A DNA stretch of 64,000 bases from Patescibacteria group bacterium (GTDB taxonomy: Bacteria > Patescibacteriota > Patescibacteriia > UBA9934 > GWF2-40-263): contig JBAZTR010000002.1 of NCBI GenBank assembly GCA_041661745.1, positions 68,368 through 132,367 on the forward strand. Direction: 5' to 3'. A program made the translations under genes and the position numbers. Every line of letters begins with the position of its first letter. Within the stretch, counting starts at the first letter, position 1. Shown in pieces: positions 9,389-19,877 of the stretch. The notes under the pieces are model-generated. The model was given only the letters and a program-made list of their open reading frames with translations, was not told the DNA's origin and made no database searches.

Positions 9389-10686
9389 AATAAAAAGATA
9401 AAGACAACAAAAGCCAAAACTGCTGACAAAATTTTTGGTAAAACAATTGAAGCAAAAAAAACTGAACCAAACCAAGTCACTAAAAGCAAAACAAACGAAC
9501 TCAAAGCCGAAGCCGGAACAGCGACAATCGCCCCGAGCGTAACGGAAAGCCAACCAACACCGAGAGCTACCCCACCAAGAAGCATGAGATATGGAATCCA
9601 CGGCAAAATAAGGAGGTTAACTAAAGGCGCGATAAGTGAAGTTGAACCAAAGTGCCAGAGCATTATCGGCAGGGTGGCCGAAATGGCGGCAAGCGAAGCA
9701 GCACACGATTCACGCAAACCAAAAACTTCAGGAATAAAATTTACTCGCTCGCCAAACCAGTTACCTAGTAGCATCAAACCGGCTGTCGCCCCAAAAGAAA
9801 GTTGAAAACCAACATCGGTAATCAAATGCGGATTAAAAATCATCATGAGGAAAGCCGAAAGAAGAAGGAGATTGCCGGCATGCGGGGTGCGACCAAGCCA
9901 GGTGCCGAGCATAACCGTCGAGGCCATAATGCCAGCGCGAATAACCGGCGGCGTCGCCCCGGCCAAAAAGATATAGAGAATAACCAGTAAGCCGGAAACA
10001 ATAATCGCTCGTCGTCGACCAAGGGTACTCCGCATGAGAAGAACTAAAAGAAGCTGAGAAAAAATAGAAACGTTATAACCCGAAGCGGCCATGACATGTG
10101 AAAGTCCGGTGTGTGAAAAATCACCCTTCATGTCTTGGCTTAACCCCTGACTGCCGCCAAAAAGAATTCCGCTCATAAACGCGGCATGTGGCTCGGGGAA
10201 AATTTTTCCCAGCCGTTCAATCATAGCCAGACGAAGTGATAAAAGAGCATCGCTAATATTCCACGCAGCCTTCCCTTGCACCACTAACTCCTCTGGGCGA
10301 TAACACACGGCGTAAACTCCACGACTTTCAAGATAAGCGGCGTAGTCAAAATCATTAAACGGTTCGGGCACGACCAGTTCACAACGAAATTCCAAAATAT
10401 CGCCAGTAGAAAAGTTCTGCCACTTAGGTAAACGTGCCAAAATTTTTCCGTTCTGTTCTTCGCCGCCAACCTGAATATTTTTTAGGGTCACTTCTTGCGC
10501 CGAATCGCGCTGAACAATCTCCCCGGCAATTGTACCGGTCATGACCGTTTCTTTATTAACAAAATCACGAACCGTGGGGCTCGTGATTTCATCAAAAAAT
10601 AATGCTTTAGCCGACAAACCAACTATCAAAACCAGTAGGATGACAAAGAGGGATCGCGACGGTGACTTATCGAGTCCCCACACCAT
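9349..10686 (-). CDS. comEC: ComEC competence DNA-uptake channel (OB + competence domains)
   Basis: TGLSHVMAASGYNV, PPVIRAGIM, DVGFQLSF, LIAPLVNLL. Confidence 0.92.
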   Translation of the reverse strand: MVWGLDKSPSRSLFVILLVLIVGLSAKALFFDEITSPTVRDFVNKETVMTGTIAGEIVQRDSAQEVTLKNIQVGGEEQNGKILARLPKWQNFSTGDILEFRCELVVPEPFNDFDYAAYLESRGVYAVCYRPEELVVQGKAAWNISDALLSLRLAMIERLGKIFPEPHAAFMSGILFGGSQGLSQDMKGDFSHTGLSHVMAASGYNVSIFSQLLLVLLMRSTLGRRRAIIVSGLLVILYIFLAGATPPVIRAGIMASTVMLGTWLGRTPHAGNLLLLSAFLMMIFNPHLITDVGFQLSFGATAGLMLLGNWFGERVNFIPEVFGLRESCAASLAAISATLPIMLWHFGSTSLIAPLVNLLILPWIPYLMLLGGVALGVGWLSVTLGAIVAVPASALSSFVLLLVTWFGSVFFASIVLPKILSAVLAFVVFIFLLWLARRSKLALDQ

Positions 10687-11980
10687 AATAGGTGAAGCCT
10701 AAATCTTTCAAATGTTGGTCGACAAGTAAATTGCGTCCATCAAAAATAACCGGATTCAGCATGCGCTCACGAACGGCGTCAAAAGAGACCTCGCGAAACT
10801 CCGGCCAGTCGGTTAGGACAAGCAAAGCTTCAGCTCCCTCAACCGCATCAACCGCTGTTGGAGCAAAAAGAACGCGATCGCTCAACACTTCTTTGGCTCG
10901 TTCCGCGGCCATGGGGTCATAAACAATAACTTCGGCCCCATTGGCAAACAATCGTTTAACAATATCAATGGCCGCTGACTCGCGGATATCATCAGTACCA
11001 CCTTTATAAGATAACCCCCACACAGCCAAAGTTCGCCCCTTCAAACCACCGAGCTTTTCTTCCACGCGACGAACAAAAATTTCTCGTTGGTGATTATTAA
11101 CTTCGATCACGGCTGACAAAAGTTTGAAGTCATAACCGTTGCGTCCGGCGATTTGGTGAAGAGCCGAAACGTCTTTAGGAAAACAAGAACCACCGTACCC
11201 TACTCCGGCTTTCAAAAAGTGCGGACCAATGCGCGGATCAAGACCAATGGAACGAACAATTTCTGTAACATCAGCTCCGACCAAATCAGCCAAATTAGCA
11301 ATTTCATTAATGAAAGAAATTTTAGTGGCCAGAAAAGCGTTGGCTGCGTATTTGGCCAACTCGGCGTTTTCAATAGTGGTCATTACGCGCGGCGCGACAA
11401 TTCCTTCGTGCAAACGCTCGAGCAAACTTGCGGCCAAAGCGTCATTGGTACCAATAACGATGCGCGACGGATTCATGAAATCACGCAAGGCCGTGCCTTC
11501 GGCCAAAAATTCCGGAACCGAGGCCGCCAACACCAAATCAGCCAACTCGCTGTGCTCGGCCGTGCGCATGCCTTCGCGCACGCGAGCCAAAACTTTTTTA
11601 TTAGTGCCAACCGGCACAGTACTTTTGGTAACAATTACCGCTTCGTGATCCAAACTTTTTCCAATCTCATCAGCCACGGAAAAAACCGCTGACAAATCCG
11701 CTTCACCACTTAAAAGCGGCGGCGTCCCAACGGCAATCATAATTATTTCAGCTCCGCTGATAACCGAAGCAAGATCAGAAGTAAAAATAATTCGACCGGC
11801 TTCCTGCATTTCCTGCAACAGCTCGTAAAGTCCCGGCTCAAAAAATGGCGGCTCGCCCAAATCAAGTCTGGCAACCTTGGCCGCGTCGCGATCAACACAA
11901 ACCACCCGGTGGCCGAGCTTGGCGTAACCTAAGCCGGAAACCAGGCCAACATATCCGGTACCGATAATAACAATATTCAT
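10667..11980 (-). CDS. ugd: UDP-glucose 6-dehydrogenase
   Basis: GTGYVG, KSTVPVG, PEFLAEG, GYGGSCFPKD, DGRN. Confidence 0.95.
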   Translation of the reverse strand: MNIVIIGTGYVGLVSGLGYAKLGHRVVCVDRDAAKVARLDLGEPPFFEPGLYELLQEMQEAGRIIFTSDLASVISGAEIIMIAVGTPPLLSGEADLSAVFSVADEIGKSLDHEAVIVTKSTVPVGTNKKVLARVREGMRTAEHSELADLVLAASVPEFLAEGTALRDFMNPSRIVIGTNDALAASLLERLHEGIVAPRVMTTIENAELAKYAANAFLATKISFINEIANLADLVGADVTEIVRSIGLDPRIGPHFLKAGVGYGGSCFPKDVSALHQIAGRNGYDFKLLSAVIEVNNHQREIFVRRVEEKLGGLKGRTLAVWGLSYKGGTDDIRESAAIDIVKRLFANGAEVIVYDPMAAERAKEVLSDRVLFAPTAVDAVEGAEALLVLTDWPEFREVSFDAVRERMLNPVIFDGRNLLVDQHLKDLGFTYYGVGTR

Positions 11981-12090
11981 ACGAGAGGAATCTTAACAAA
12001 GGGGCGAAAGGGGTACAAGGGGTGGAAGGGGTAAAACGGGAATAAAAAAAGGCCTCCTAGTGGAGGCGAGACAGGGTGTGGAAGTTGGGG

Positions 12091-12588
12091 CTAGCCCGTG
12101 ATGCCGAGCCGCCGGGCATCGGCGATGGCTTGTGCCCGCCGCTCCTCCTCGCTCTGGGCGAGGCGTGCCGCCTGCTCCCGTTGCTGCTTCACCTCGACCC
12201 AGGCCGCGGCGACGGCATTCTCGTTCTCCTGGACGTAGAGAAGGGCTCTCTGCCACTCCTCGGACCTGTCGAACCCCTTGACCATGTACTTGTTGTCGCC
12301 AGACCGGTAGACGGAAAGACAGATCTTGTTACCGAGATGGATGGTGACTTCTTGTCCACCCATGCCGGTCATGCCGTCCTCGAAGAAGAACGAGAGCCCG
12401 CCGAAGTCGAGAAGCTCGCTCTTCGTGTGGTAACGGTACGTGTATTCCTCACTGGAAACGACTCGTCCGCGTCTCTCGATGAGGTCAGGAACGAAGGTGA
12501 AGATGCCGTCGAGGAAATTCTGCCGCTTAGCGACCATTTCCTCGATGGCAGCCGTGGGAAGATCGGAAGCAGAGCGGGATGCGGGCAT
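12091..12588 (-). CDS. Orphan hypothetical protein (GC-rich cassette)
   Basis: GC-rich ORF with GGGAG SD, TTGACT-17-TAAAGT promoter (12654-12626) and terminator GCCTCC..GGAGGC-T run. Confidence 0.7.
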   Translation of the reverse strand: MPASRSASDLPTAAIEEMVAKRQNFLDGIFTFVPDLIERRGRVVSSEEYTYRYHTKSELLDFGGLSFFFEDGMTGMGGQEVTIHLGNKICLSVYRSGDNKYMVKGFDRSEEWQRALLYVQENENAVAAAWVEVKQQREQAARLAQSEEERRAQAIADARRLGITG

Positions 12589-12696
12589 AGTGTCTCCCAG
12601 AGGCTAGGGGTGAAAGGCCGGCTCGACTTTACCCAAAAAATAAAATTAAGTCAAAAAAACCGACCAAGCGGCCGGTTTTTTCAAACTCGTAATTTT

Positions 12697-13962
12697 CTAA
12701 AAAAGACTGGAAGGAATTTTTTCCAAATCAGTGTCGGCAATGCCCAGGCTTAAGAATCTCATTATGTCGTAGGCGGCATCGCCATCCTCTAAATAAACCC
12801 GATAACATTTATCCGGGTGAACATACCAAGCTTCGCCGTGTTGTTGAACCTGCAACAAAATTTTTCCTTTTAATTGATTGGCCAAAGAATTTGTCGCACA
12901 AACACTGTTAGCGGTCAAGACTTCGCTTGAACTTTCAATTAAGGGAATCTTGGCCAAGTCAGCATCGGTAATACCCAAACTAAAGTAGCGCATCATAGTG
13001 TAAGCAGCCGCGCCGTCTTCCATGTAATAACGCATGTTGTCTTTAGGGTTAACATACCAAGCTTCACCATTTTGTTCGACTTGAAGCAAAATACGTCCTT
13101 TCATTCTTTCCACCAACGCAGCGTCATATTTGGAGGGATCGTACTCACCGGAAGTGGACACTGTCACCTGCGCTGTTTCGTCTCCGTCGCCGGGCAAGGT
13201 GAAATATTCCGGGTAGTATTCCTCGTCTGTGGCAAAATAATAACAAACTCCGGCTGAGCAAGCCTTATTTCCCCATTCATAAAGGGTCGAATAATCCCGA
13301 GTAAAAGTATCAGCCCCGAAGGCGTCTTCAAAAATTGCGTTAAGATTTTCTATCCAAGTATAAGAATTCAGTTCACCCGAAGCCACCGCAGTGGGGATAC
13401 CAAAATAATTTCCCAAAGCGTCAAAGGCACCACCGCCAGAATTTCCATGTTCAGCCTGGGCGTCAGATTTAATCCAATCGGTACCGTCGAAGCCGGAAAT
13501 AGTTCCGCTAGTGGAGGTAATTGTTGAACCGGCCAAACCGGCATCAGGGTAACCAAGCAGGGTTATATCCTCACCCAAAATCATGGAGTCGGCGTTTCCC
13601 CATTCAGCACTCGAAGGAAAAATATATGGCTCGCCATATTCATCGGTAGCCTCAAGAAAGGCATAATCAAAATAATTATCGTATCTAACAATAGTTGGCG
13701 TTAACCAAAAAGCCACTTCCGGAATTTCATAGGGACTTATCGCGTAGCCGCCATAACAAGTTTCCTCTGTTTCGCCATAAGAATTTTGGACAACGTGAGC
13801 ATTAGTTAAAATCACGTTATCAAAAATCACTACTCCGGACCCGGTGTATTCGGGACACTCGATGTAGACCACGTTCTGGACATTGTCGGTAATCGAACCA
13901 GTGGCCGAGGCCATGGCCGGAAAAAGGAGAAATGCCCCAAGCAGAAAAAATATTCTTTTCAT
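12697..13962 (-). CDS. Secreted trypsin-like serine protease with duplicated C-terminal module
   Basis: Signal peptide; TNAHV, DYAFL, GNSGG triad motifs; two GxILLQVxQxGEAWYV...LGIxDxDLxKIP repeats. Confidence 0.85.
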   Translation of the reverse strand: MKRIFFLLGAFLLFPAMASATGSITDNVQNVVYIECPEYTGSGVVIFDNVILTNAHVVQNSYGETEETCYGGYAISPYEIPEVAFWLTPTIVRYDNYFDYAFLEATDEYGEPYIFPSSAEWGNADSMILGEDITLLGYPDAGLAGSTITSTSGTISGFDGTDWIKSDAQAEHGNSGGGAFDALGNYFGIPTAVASGELNSYTWIENLNAIFEDAFGADTFTRDYSTLYEWGNKACSAGVCYYFATDEEYYPEYFTLPGDGDETAQVTVSTSGEYDPSKYDAALVERMKGRILLQVEQNGEAWYVNPKDNMRYYMEDGAAAYTMMRYFSLGITDADLAKIPLIESSSEVLTANSVCATNSLANQLKGKILLQVQQHGEAWYVHPDKCYRVYLEDGDAAYDIMRFLSLGIADTDLEKIPSSLF

Positions 13963-14050
13963 ATTTATTTGGATTAAAAACCGCACTTATTATATCACGA
14001 CACTTAATTAAATTAAGAGACAGGGTGATTAACCCTGTCTCAACACTGTT

Positions 14051-16930
14051 TTACTTGATGACGATATTCATTAACTTGCCCGGGACAAAAATCGTTTTAA
14101 CGATTTCTTTTCCGTCTAAATATTTCTTTACGTTGTCTTCAGTTTCCGCCGCCGCTTTCACCTCAGCTTCGCCCGCTTCGGGCGAAACCACGATCGTCCC
14201 GCGAAGTTTTCCATTAACCTGGACGGCAATCGTCACCTCGTCCTCTTTCACAAGTTCGGGATCAAACTCCGGCCACGATCCTTCTTCGACAAAACCTTTA
14301 CCACCAAACGAAGAATAAATTTCGTTGGCCAAGTGCGGAGCAAAAGGACACAAGACACGAACGAATTTTAAAAGATTGTCTTTAGTGATTCCTTTCTCTT
14401 CGTAAACCACATTCACAAAAGTCATCATTTGCGCCACGGCTGTGTTGAAACGAAAACTGTCGATATCCTCGGAAACTTTTTTAATTGTTTGATGAAGGGC
14501 CCGGGTAACTTTCTTAGTTTCTTCTTTAATTATAATTTGTTCCAACCCGGAAACTCGTTCCAAAAAGCGTCTGGTCCCGACCAAACCATTGGTACTCCAC
14601 ACGGCCGGTTGATTAAACGGCCCCATAAACATTTCATAAACCCGCAGAGCATCGGCTCCGTAATCGTTTACCATGTCGTCGGGATTAATTACATTACCCC
14701 AGCGCTTCGACATTTTGCGACCATCTTCGGCCAGAATCAAACCAACGTTTTGTAAACGAGTAAAAGGTTCCTCAACGCTAACCGCGCCAATATCAAAAAG
14801 AAACTTGTGCCAAAACCGCGCATAGATAAGGTGACGGGTGGCATGCTCGGCTCCACCAACATACAAATCAACCGGCGACCAATATTTTTCTTTTTTAGCA
14901 TCAACCAAAGCTGTGTCATTTTTAGGATCCATGTACCGCAAATAATACCAACAACTGCCAGCCCATTGCGGCATGGTGTTGGTTTCACGTTTGGCCGGGC
15001 CGCCACAGTTAGGACAAGTTGTGTTAACCCACTCGTCAATGTTGGCCAGCGGCGATTCGCCAGTGCCTGTTGGTTCGTAGTGTTCAACTTGTGGAAGTTC
15101 AAGCGGTAGTTGATCTTCCGGAAGGGCGACGACTCCACACTTGGCACAATGCACAAGCGGAATTGGCTCGCCCCAATAACGCTGGCGAGAAAAAACCCAA
15201 TCACGAAGTTTATATTGCGTTTGGCATTGGCCCAAACCCTTTTCTTCCAACCAAGAAATCATGTCAGCTTTGGCTTTCCAGGTCGGCAGGCCATCCAAAA
15301 AGTCGGAATTAATGGCTACGCCTTCTTCAACAAAAACCGGTGCACCTTCCTTGTAGGCGTACCAAATCATCGGGCCATCGACAACGTTAACGGTTTTTTC
15401 TACTTCACTTTCATCAAACCAAACCGGCTCGTGATTTTTTAATTCTTCGGCCGGAATTTCATCATGATCATCGTTTACTAAATCCAAAACCGCCACACGA
15501 ATTTGCGCATATCGATTTTGACCTTTGTGCGCAGCAAAATATTCGGTGTGAACTTCGAAACCGACATCTTTAACAAATTTAAAATTTTTATAACCGGTTT
15601 CCTCGGTCGCTTCACGGATAGCCGCGGTAGATAAATCTTCGTCACCTTCAATACCACCGATAATAAAGGTGTGGAGGTGCGAACGGCTAGGTGTAATATT
15701 AGAAAACCAATTAAGCAGCAAAACTTTTCCGTCTTTCGGGTTACGAATAATGACATGAACGTTTTTGCGACGGCTTTCCGGAACCCCTTCGTGCGGCGGA
15801 TTGGCTGGATCAATGAAATGGGGAGCGACTACTTGTTTAATTGGCAAATTATATTTTGTGGCAAAGGCAAAATCGCGTTCATCGTGTGCTGGCACGGCCA
15901 TAATGGCGCCGGTGCCGTAGCCCATCAAAACATAATCAGCCACCCAAATCGGAATTTTTTCATTGTTGGCCGGATTGATGGCATAAGCGCCGGTGAAGAC
16001 GCCAGTTTTTTCTTTGGTATCATCGCCGCGTTCAATATCTGTTTTAGCTTTCGTGGCGGCAAGGTAATTTTCAACCTCAACTCGACATTCACTAGTGGTA
16101 ATTTCCGAAACAAGCGAATGTTCAGGAGCCAAAACCATGTAAGTCGCGCCAAATAAAGTGTCGGGACGGGTGGTGAAAACTCTAACCTCACCCCTTCCCT
16201 CTCCTTCGTAAGGAGAGGGGGAAACGATTTTGAAAGTAACTTCCGCCCCCTCGCTCTTACCAATCCACTCCCGCTGCATTTGCTTAATCGAGTCCGGCCA
16301 TTCGGTCAGCTTATCGAGATCGGCAAGCAGACGATCGGCATAATCGGTAATTTTCAAAACCCACTGGCGCATTGGTTTTTGTTCAACCACACTGCCGCAG
16401 CGTTCACATTTACCATCGTCCAAATCTTCATTGGCCAAACCGGTTTGGCAACTCGGGCACCAATTGATTGGTTCGAAAGATTCATAAGCCAAACCTTTTT
16501 TAAACATCTGAAGAAACGCCCATTGTGTCCATTTATAATATTTTGGATCAGTTGTGTTTACTTCCCTGTCCCAATCATAAGTAAAACCAAGAATGGAAAG
16601 CTGTTTTTTAAAAACTTCAATATTCTGCTTAGTAGCCACGGCCGGATGGACTTTATTTTTAATGGCAAAATTTTCCGCCGGCAAGCCAAAAGCATCCCAA
16701 CCCATGGGGTGAAGAACAGAAAAACCCTGCATCATTTTAGTGCGAGCTACAACATCGGTGGCAATGTAGCCTTTAGGGTGACCAACGTGAAGCCCGGCGC
16801 CGGAAGGATATGGAAACATGTCGAGGGCATAAAACTTTTTCTTGCCAGAATCTTCATTAGTTTTAAAAATGCCGGACTTGGCCCATTTTTCCTGCCACTT
16901 TTTCTCAATTTGTTTGTGATCGTAAGGCAT
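14051..16930 (-). CDS. leuS: Leucine--tRNA ligase with inserted NUDIX domain
   Basis: MFPYPSGAGLHVGH, FTTRPDT, GTGAIMAVPAHD, KMSKR, VQVNGKLR. Confidence 0.98.
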   Translation of the reverse strand: MPYDHKQIEKKWQEKWAKSGIFKTNEDSGKKKFYALDMFPYPSGAGLHVGHPKGYIATDVVARTKMMQGFSVLHPMGWDAFGLPAENFAIKNKVHPAVATKQNIEVFKKQLSILGFTYDWDREVNTTDPKYYKWTQWAFLQMFKKGLAYESFEPINWCPSCQTGLANEDLDDGKCERCGSVVEQKPMRQWVLKITDYADRLLADLDKLTEWPDSIKQMQREWIGKSEGAEVTFKIVSPSPYEGEGRGEVRVFTTRPDTLFGATYMVLAPEHSLVSEITTSECRVEVENYLAATKAKTDIERGDDTKEKTGVFTGAYAINPANNEKIPIWVADYVLMGYGTGAIMAVPAHDERDFAFATKYNLPIKQVVAPHFIDPANPPHEGVPESRRKNVHVIIRNPKDGKVLLLNWFSNITPSRSHLHTFIIGGIEGDEDLSTAAIREATEETGYKNFKFVKDVGFEVHTEYFAAHKGQNRYAQIRVAVLDLVNDDHDEIPAEELKNHEPVWFDESEVEKTVNVVDGPMIWYAYKEGAPVFVEEGVAINSDFLDGLPTWKAKADMISWLEEKGLGQCQTQYKLRDWVFSRQRYWGEPIPLVHCAKCGVVALPEDQLPLELPQVEHYEPTGTGESPLANIDEWVNTTCPNCGGPAKRETNTMPQWAGSCWYYLRYMDPKNDTALVDAKKEKYWSPVDLYVGGAEHATRHLIYARFWHKFLFDIGAVSVEEPFTRLQNVGLILAEDGRKMSKRWGNVINPDDMVNDYGADALRVYEMFMGPFNQPAVWSTNGLVGTRRFLERVSGLEQIIIKEETKKVTRALHQTIKKVSEDIDSFRFNTAVAQMMTFVNVVYEEKGITKDNLLKFVRVLCPFAPHLANEIYSSFGGKGFVEEGSWPEFDPELVKEDEVTIAVQVNGKLRGTIVVSPEAGEAEVKAAAETEDNVKKYLDGKEIVKTIFVPGKLMNIVIK
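16181..16222. repeat. Palindromic element copy inside leuS
   Basis: TCTAACCTCACCCCTTCCCTCTCCTT-CGT-AAGGAGAGGGGG. Confidence 0.85.
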
Positions 16931-16961
16931 ATTTACGCTTGGAAGTGTAGCAAATTACCTT

Positions 16962-17069
16962 GAGGTTTGGAAGGGTTATGAAGGGCTCCGAAGGGTTGTA
17001 AAGGGTTATTGAACTATATTCTTTAATATAAATCTTCCAAAGCCCTTCCCAGCCCTTCAAGACACTTCA
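16962..17069. repeat. Inverted arrays of GAAGGGYT-type nonamer repeats
   Basis: ggaagggtt-atgaagggct-ccgaagggtt-gtaaagggtt facing agcccttcc-cagcccttca. Confidence 0.7.
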
Positions 17070-17178
17070 TAAAAAAATTCCCACCATATTTCAAACAGGT
17101 CACCACCTTAAACTAACAAACAAAATTAACAAGATTATAAAAAACGACGGACAAGCCGTCGTTTTTTTCTAAAATAAA

Positions 17179-18405
17179 TTATTTCATGGCCGCTTCGATT
17201 CTTTCCATAGCCACGACAAAGGCCGCTTCGCGGACTGTACAGTTCAAAAAAGTTTTTTTATCCCATACCGCTGTAAGAGCAGCTTGCATGGTTTCACCTA
17301 ATTTAGCTTTCACTTGCTCTTCGGTCCATTTTTCATCCTTCATGTTTTGTGCCCACTCAAAATAACTAACAGTAACACCACCGGCGTTGGCCAGAATATC
17401 TGGAACAACCGGAATACCACGGGCCGCAAAAATTTCGTCAGCTTCTGGGGTAGTCGGACCGTTGGCAACTTCAAGAATCGCTTTAGCTTTAACGCGTGGG
17501 GCGTTGTCAGCCAAAAATTGATTCTCCAAAGCCGCTGGCACCAACACTTCGCACTCAAGCTCAAGCAATTCAGCATTAGAAATATTCTGAGCACCAGGAA
17601 AATTTTGAACCGAACCGGTTTCTTTCTTGTGAGCGTCAACGGCAGTTACATCCAAACCTTCTGGGTTATAAATTCCACCACGTGAATCGGACAAGCCCAC
17701 GACTTTATAACCGTTCTTAAAAAAGAGATTGGCCATTTGGTGTCCAGCATTGCCAAAACCTTGGACAACAATGCGACAAGCTTCCTTACTAATATTCAAA
17801 CGCTCGCGCAAACCTTCAAAAACAAAGTAACCGCCATCACCCGTGGCCGTGCCACGACCAAGCGAACCGCCGGCTTCAATGGTTTTCCCAGTAATAACAG
17901 CGAGCGGATGCGGATGATTGGTGGTTTTTTTAAATTCATCGACAATCCAATCCATTTCGCGCGGGGTGGTGTTAACATCCGGGGCTGGCACGTCTTTTTC
18001 CGGACCAATCACATCGGCTAAAGCCTTAGCCCAACCGCGCGTTAAACGTTCGAGTTCGCCAACCGAAAGAGTTTTTGGATCAACGGTAATTCCCCCCTTG
18101 CCGCCACCCATAGGAATTCCAACCACGGCACATTTCATGGACATCCAAAGAGCTAAAGCTCGCACCTCATCAATATTTGTTTCGTGATGATAACGGATAC
18201 CGCCTTTGTACGGCCCACGAGCGTTGTTGTGTTGAACGCGGTAGCCGGTAAAAATCTTTTGTGTACCATCATCCATTTTTATAGGAATCGCAATCTGAAT
18301 TTCCCGTTGTGGCTGACGCAGTTGGGCCAAAAAATCAGGGTTAAAAGACTGAAATTTGGCGGCCCGATCAAGCTGTTTCAAAGCGCTCTCGAATGGATTA
18401 GGCAT
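17179..18405 (-). CDS. gdhA: Glu/Leu/Phe/Val dehydrogenase (glutamate dehydrogenase)
   Basis: GPYKGGIRY, GGGKGG, DVPAPDV, QGFGNAG, ANAGGVTVSYFEW; start MPNPF at 18405. Confidence 0.93.
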   Translation of the reverse strand: MPNPFESALKQLDRAAKFQSFNPDFLAQLRQPQREIQIAIPIKMDDGTQKIFTGYRVQHNNARGPYKGGIRYHHETNIDEVRALALWMSMKCAVVGIPMGGGKGGITVDPKTLSVGELERLTRGWAKALADVIGPEKDVPAPDVNTTPREMDWIVDEFKKTTNHPHPLAVITGKTIEAGGSLGRGTATGDGGYFVFEGLRERLNISKEACRIVVQGFGNAGHQMANLFFKNGYKVVGLSDSRGGIYNPEGLDVTAVDAHKKETGSVQNFPGAQNISNAELLELECEVLVPAALENQFLADNAPRVKAKAILEVANGPTTPEADEIFAARGIPVVPDILANAGGVTVSYFEWAQNMKDEKWTEEQVKAKLGETMQAALTAVWDKKTFLNCTVREAAFVVAMERIEAAMK

Positions 18406-18562
18406 AGTGCAAAAAATTATTTTTTTCCTAGGACGAATATAGATTAATACTTTGGTAAGTGGAGGGCAACAAAAAAAGTGTATAACCATTGACAACAAGG
18501 AAATTTTATGTTAAAAATAACCGCCTCTTTGAGTCCACCCCGCAAATTCTCCCGGAGGAGAA

Positions 18563-18811
18563 ATGCTAGGAAAGTTCCTTGGCAACGAATTCGCCACGCC
18601 GGTCACGGCAGTCACTCTCATGGTTGCGGCCATGCTCATCTACGCCGGAATGGCCTGCCGACTGCACGTTGGCACGCCGGCCTTCATCTGGTTGGCCCTG
18701 GTGTTGGCCTTCCTGGTGGAGGCCAACCTCGAGTGCCTCCCGGCCCGGTGGATGACGAAGGGTTTTGCCGTGGCCCTCGCCGGCGCCGCGGCCGTCTGCG
18801 TCATCTTCTGA
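18563..18811 (+). CDS. Small 3-TM membrane protein (GC-rich cassette)
   Basis: Hydrophobic 82 aa ORF, GGAGGAG SD, TTGACA at 18489, terminator at about 18827-18861. Confidence 0.7.
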   Translation: MLGKFLGNEFATPVTAVTLMVAAMLIYAGMACRLHVGTPAFIWLALVLAFLVEANLECLPARWMTKGFAVALAGAAAVCVIF

Positions 18812-18894
18812 GTCTTCCTCCCCAACCCGCCCCTCCTCAACTCTCGAGGAGCGGTTTTTTTAATCAAAAAAACAACGGTCGAAACCGTCGTTTT

Positions 18895-18950
18895 CACCTC
18901 TCCCCTTCTCCCCTCTCCTTCGTAAGGAGAGGGGTTGGGGGGTGAGGTTA
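18895..18950. repeat. Two-armed palindromic element copy at trxB stop
   Basis: CACCTCTCCCC..CCCCTCTCCTT-CGT-AAGGAGAGGGG..GGGGTGAGGTTA. Confidence 0.85.
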
Positions 18951-19871
18951 TTTTTGTAACCAACGTTCAGCATCCATGGCTGCCATACAACCAGTACCAG
19001 CCGAAGTGATAGCCTGACGATAACGAGTATCGGCAACATCACCGCCGGCGAAAACACCAGGGACACTGGTTTCACTCCCACGCCCCTTACATATAATGTA
19101 ACCACGCTCATCCATTTCCACTTGTCCCTTAAACATTTCTGTATTCGGTTTGTGGCCAATGGCCGGAAAAATGCCATCGACCTTAATTTCTGTTTCCTCG
19201 TTGGTTTTAGAATTCAGAACTTTTGCGCCGGTTACCTTTGTCCCATCACCAAGAACTTCTTTAACCGAAACATTCCAAACAAAATTAATTTTTGCTTCGG
19301 CCTGGGCTTTCTCTTGCATGATTTTTGAGGCTTTTAGACTTTCACCGCGTACCAGAACTGTTACCTTATTGGCAAACTTAGCGAGGTCAAGAGCCTCCTC
19401 CATAGCGGCATCACCACCACCAACAACCGCGACTTCTTTACCTTTAAAGAAAAAGCCATCGCAAGTGGCGCAAACCGAAACCCCCTTACCTTTATACTGT
19501 TCCTCGCCCGGCACATTCATCCAAATGGCCGAGGCTCCGGTGGCAATAACCAAACTCTCGGTTTGGTATTCCGCCCCGCTGGTCGAAACAATCTTAAAAG
19601 GCTGCGCCGACAAATCAACCGAAGCAATATTTTCGGCGATAATTTTTGTTCCAAACTTTTCCGCCTGTTTTCGCATGCGCTCTTCCATTAACTCCGAACC
19701 ATAAACACCTTCAGGAAAGCCGGGAAAATTTTCGACGACTGTTGTCCACATTAATTGCCCGCCTGGTTGCGGCCCGGAAAACAAAACCGGAGCAAGTTCA
19801 GCTCGCGCGGCGTAAATGGCCGCCGTGTAACCGGCCGGACCAGCGCCGATGATGATTATTTTTTCTGACAT
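18948..19871 (-). CDS. trxB: Thioredoxin reductase
   Basis: GAGPAG, CATCDG, GGGDAA, YRQAITSAG. Confidence 0.97.
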   Translation of the reverse strand: MSEKIIIIGAGPAGYTAAIYAARAELAPVLFSGPQPGGQLMWTTVVENFPGFPEGVYGSELMEERMRKQAEKFGTKIIAENIASVDLSAQPFKIVSTSGAEYQTESLVIATGASAIWMNVPGEEQYKGKGVSVCATCDGFFFKGKEVAVVGGGDAAMEEALDLAKFANKVTVLVRGESLKASKIMQEKAQAEAKINFVWNVSVKEVLGDGTKVTGAKVLNSKTNEETEIKVDGIFPAIGHKPNTEMFKGQVEMDERGYIICKGRGSETSVPGVFAGGDVADTRYRQAITSAGTGCMAAMDAERWLQK

Positions 19872-19877
19872 AAATTA

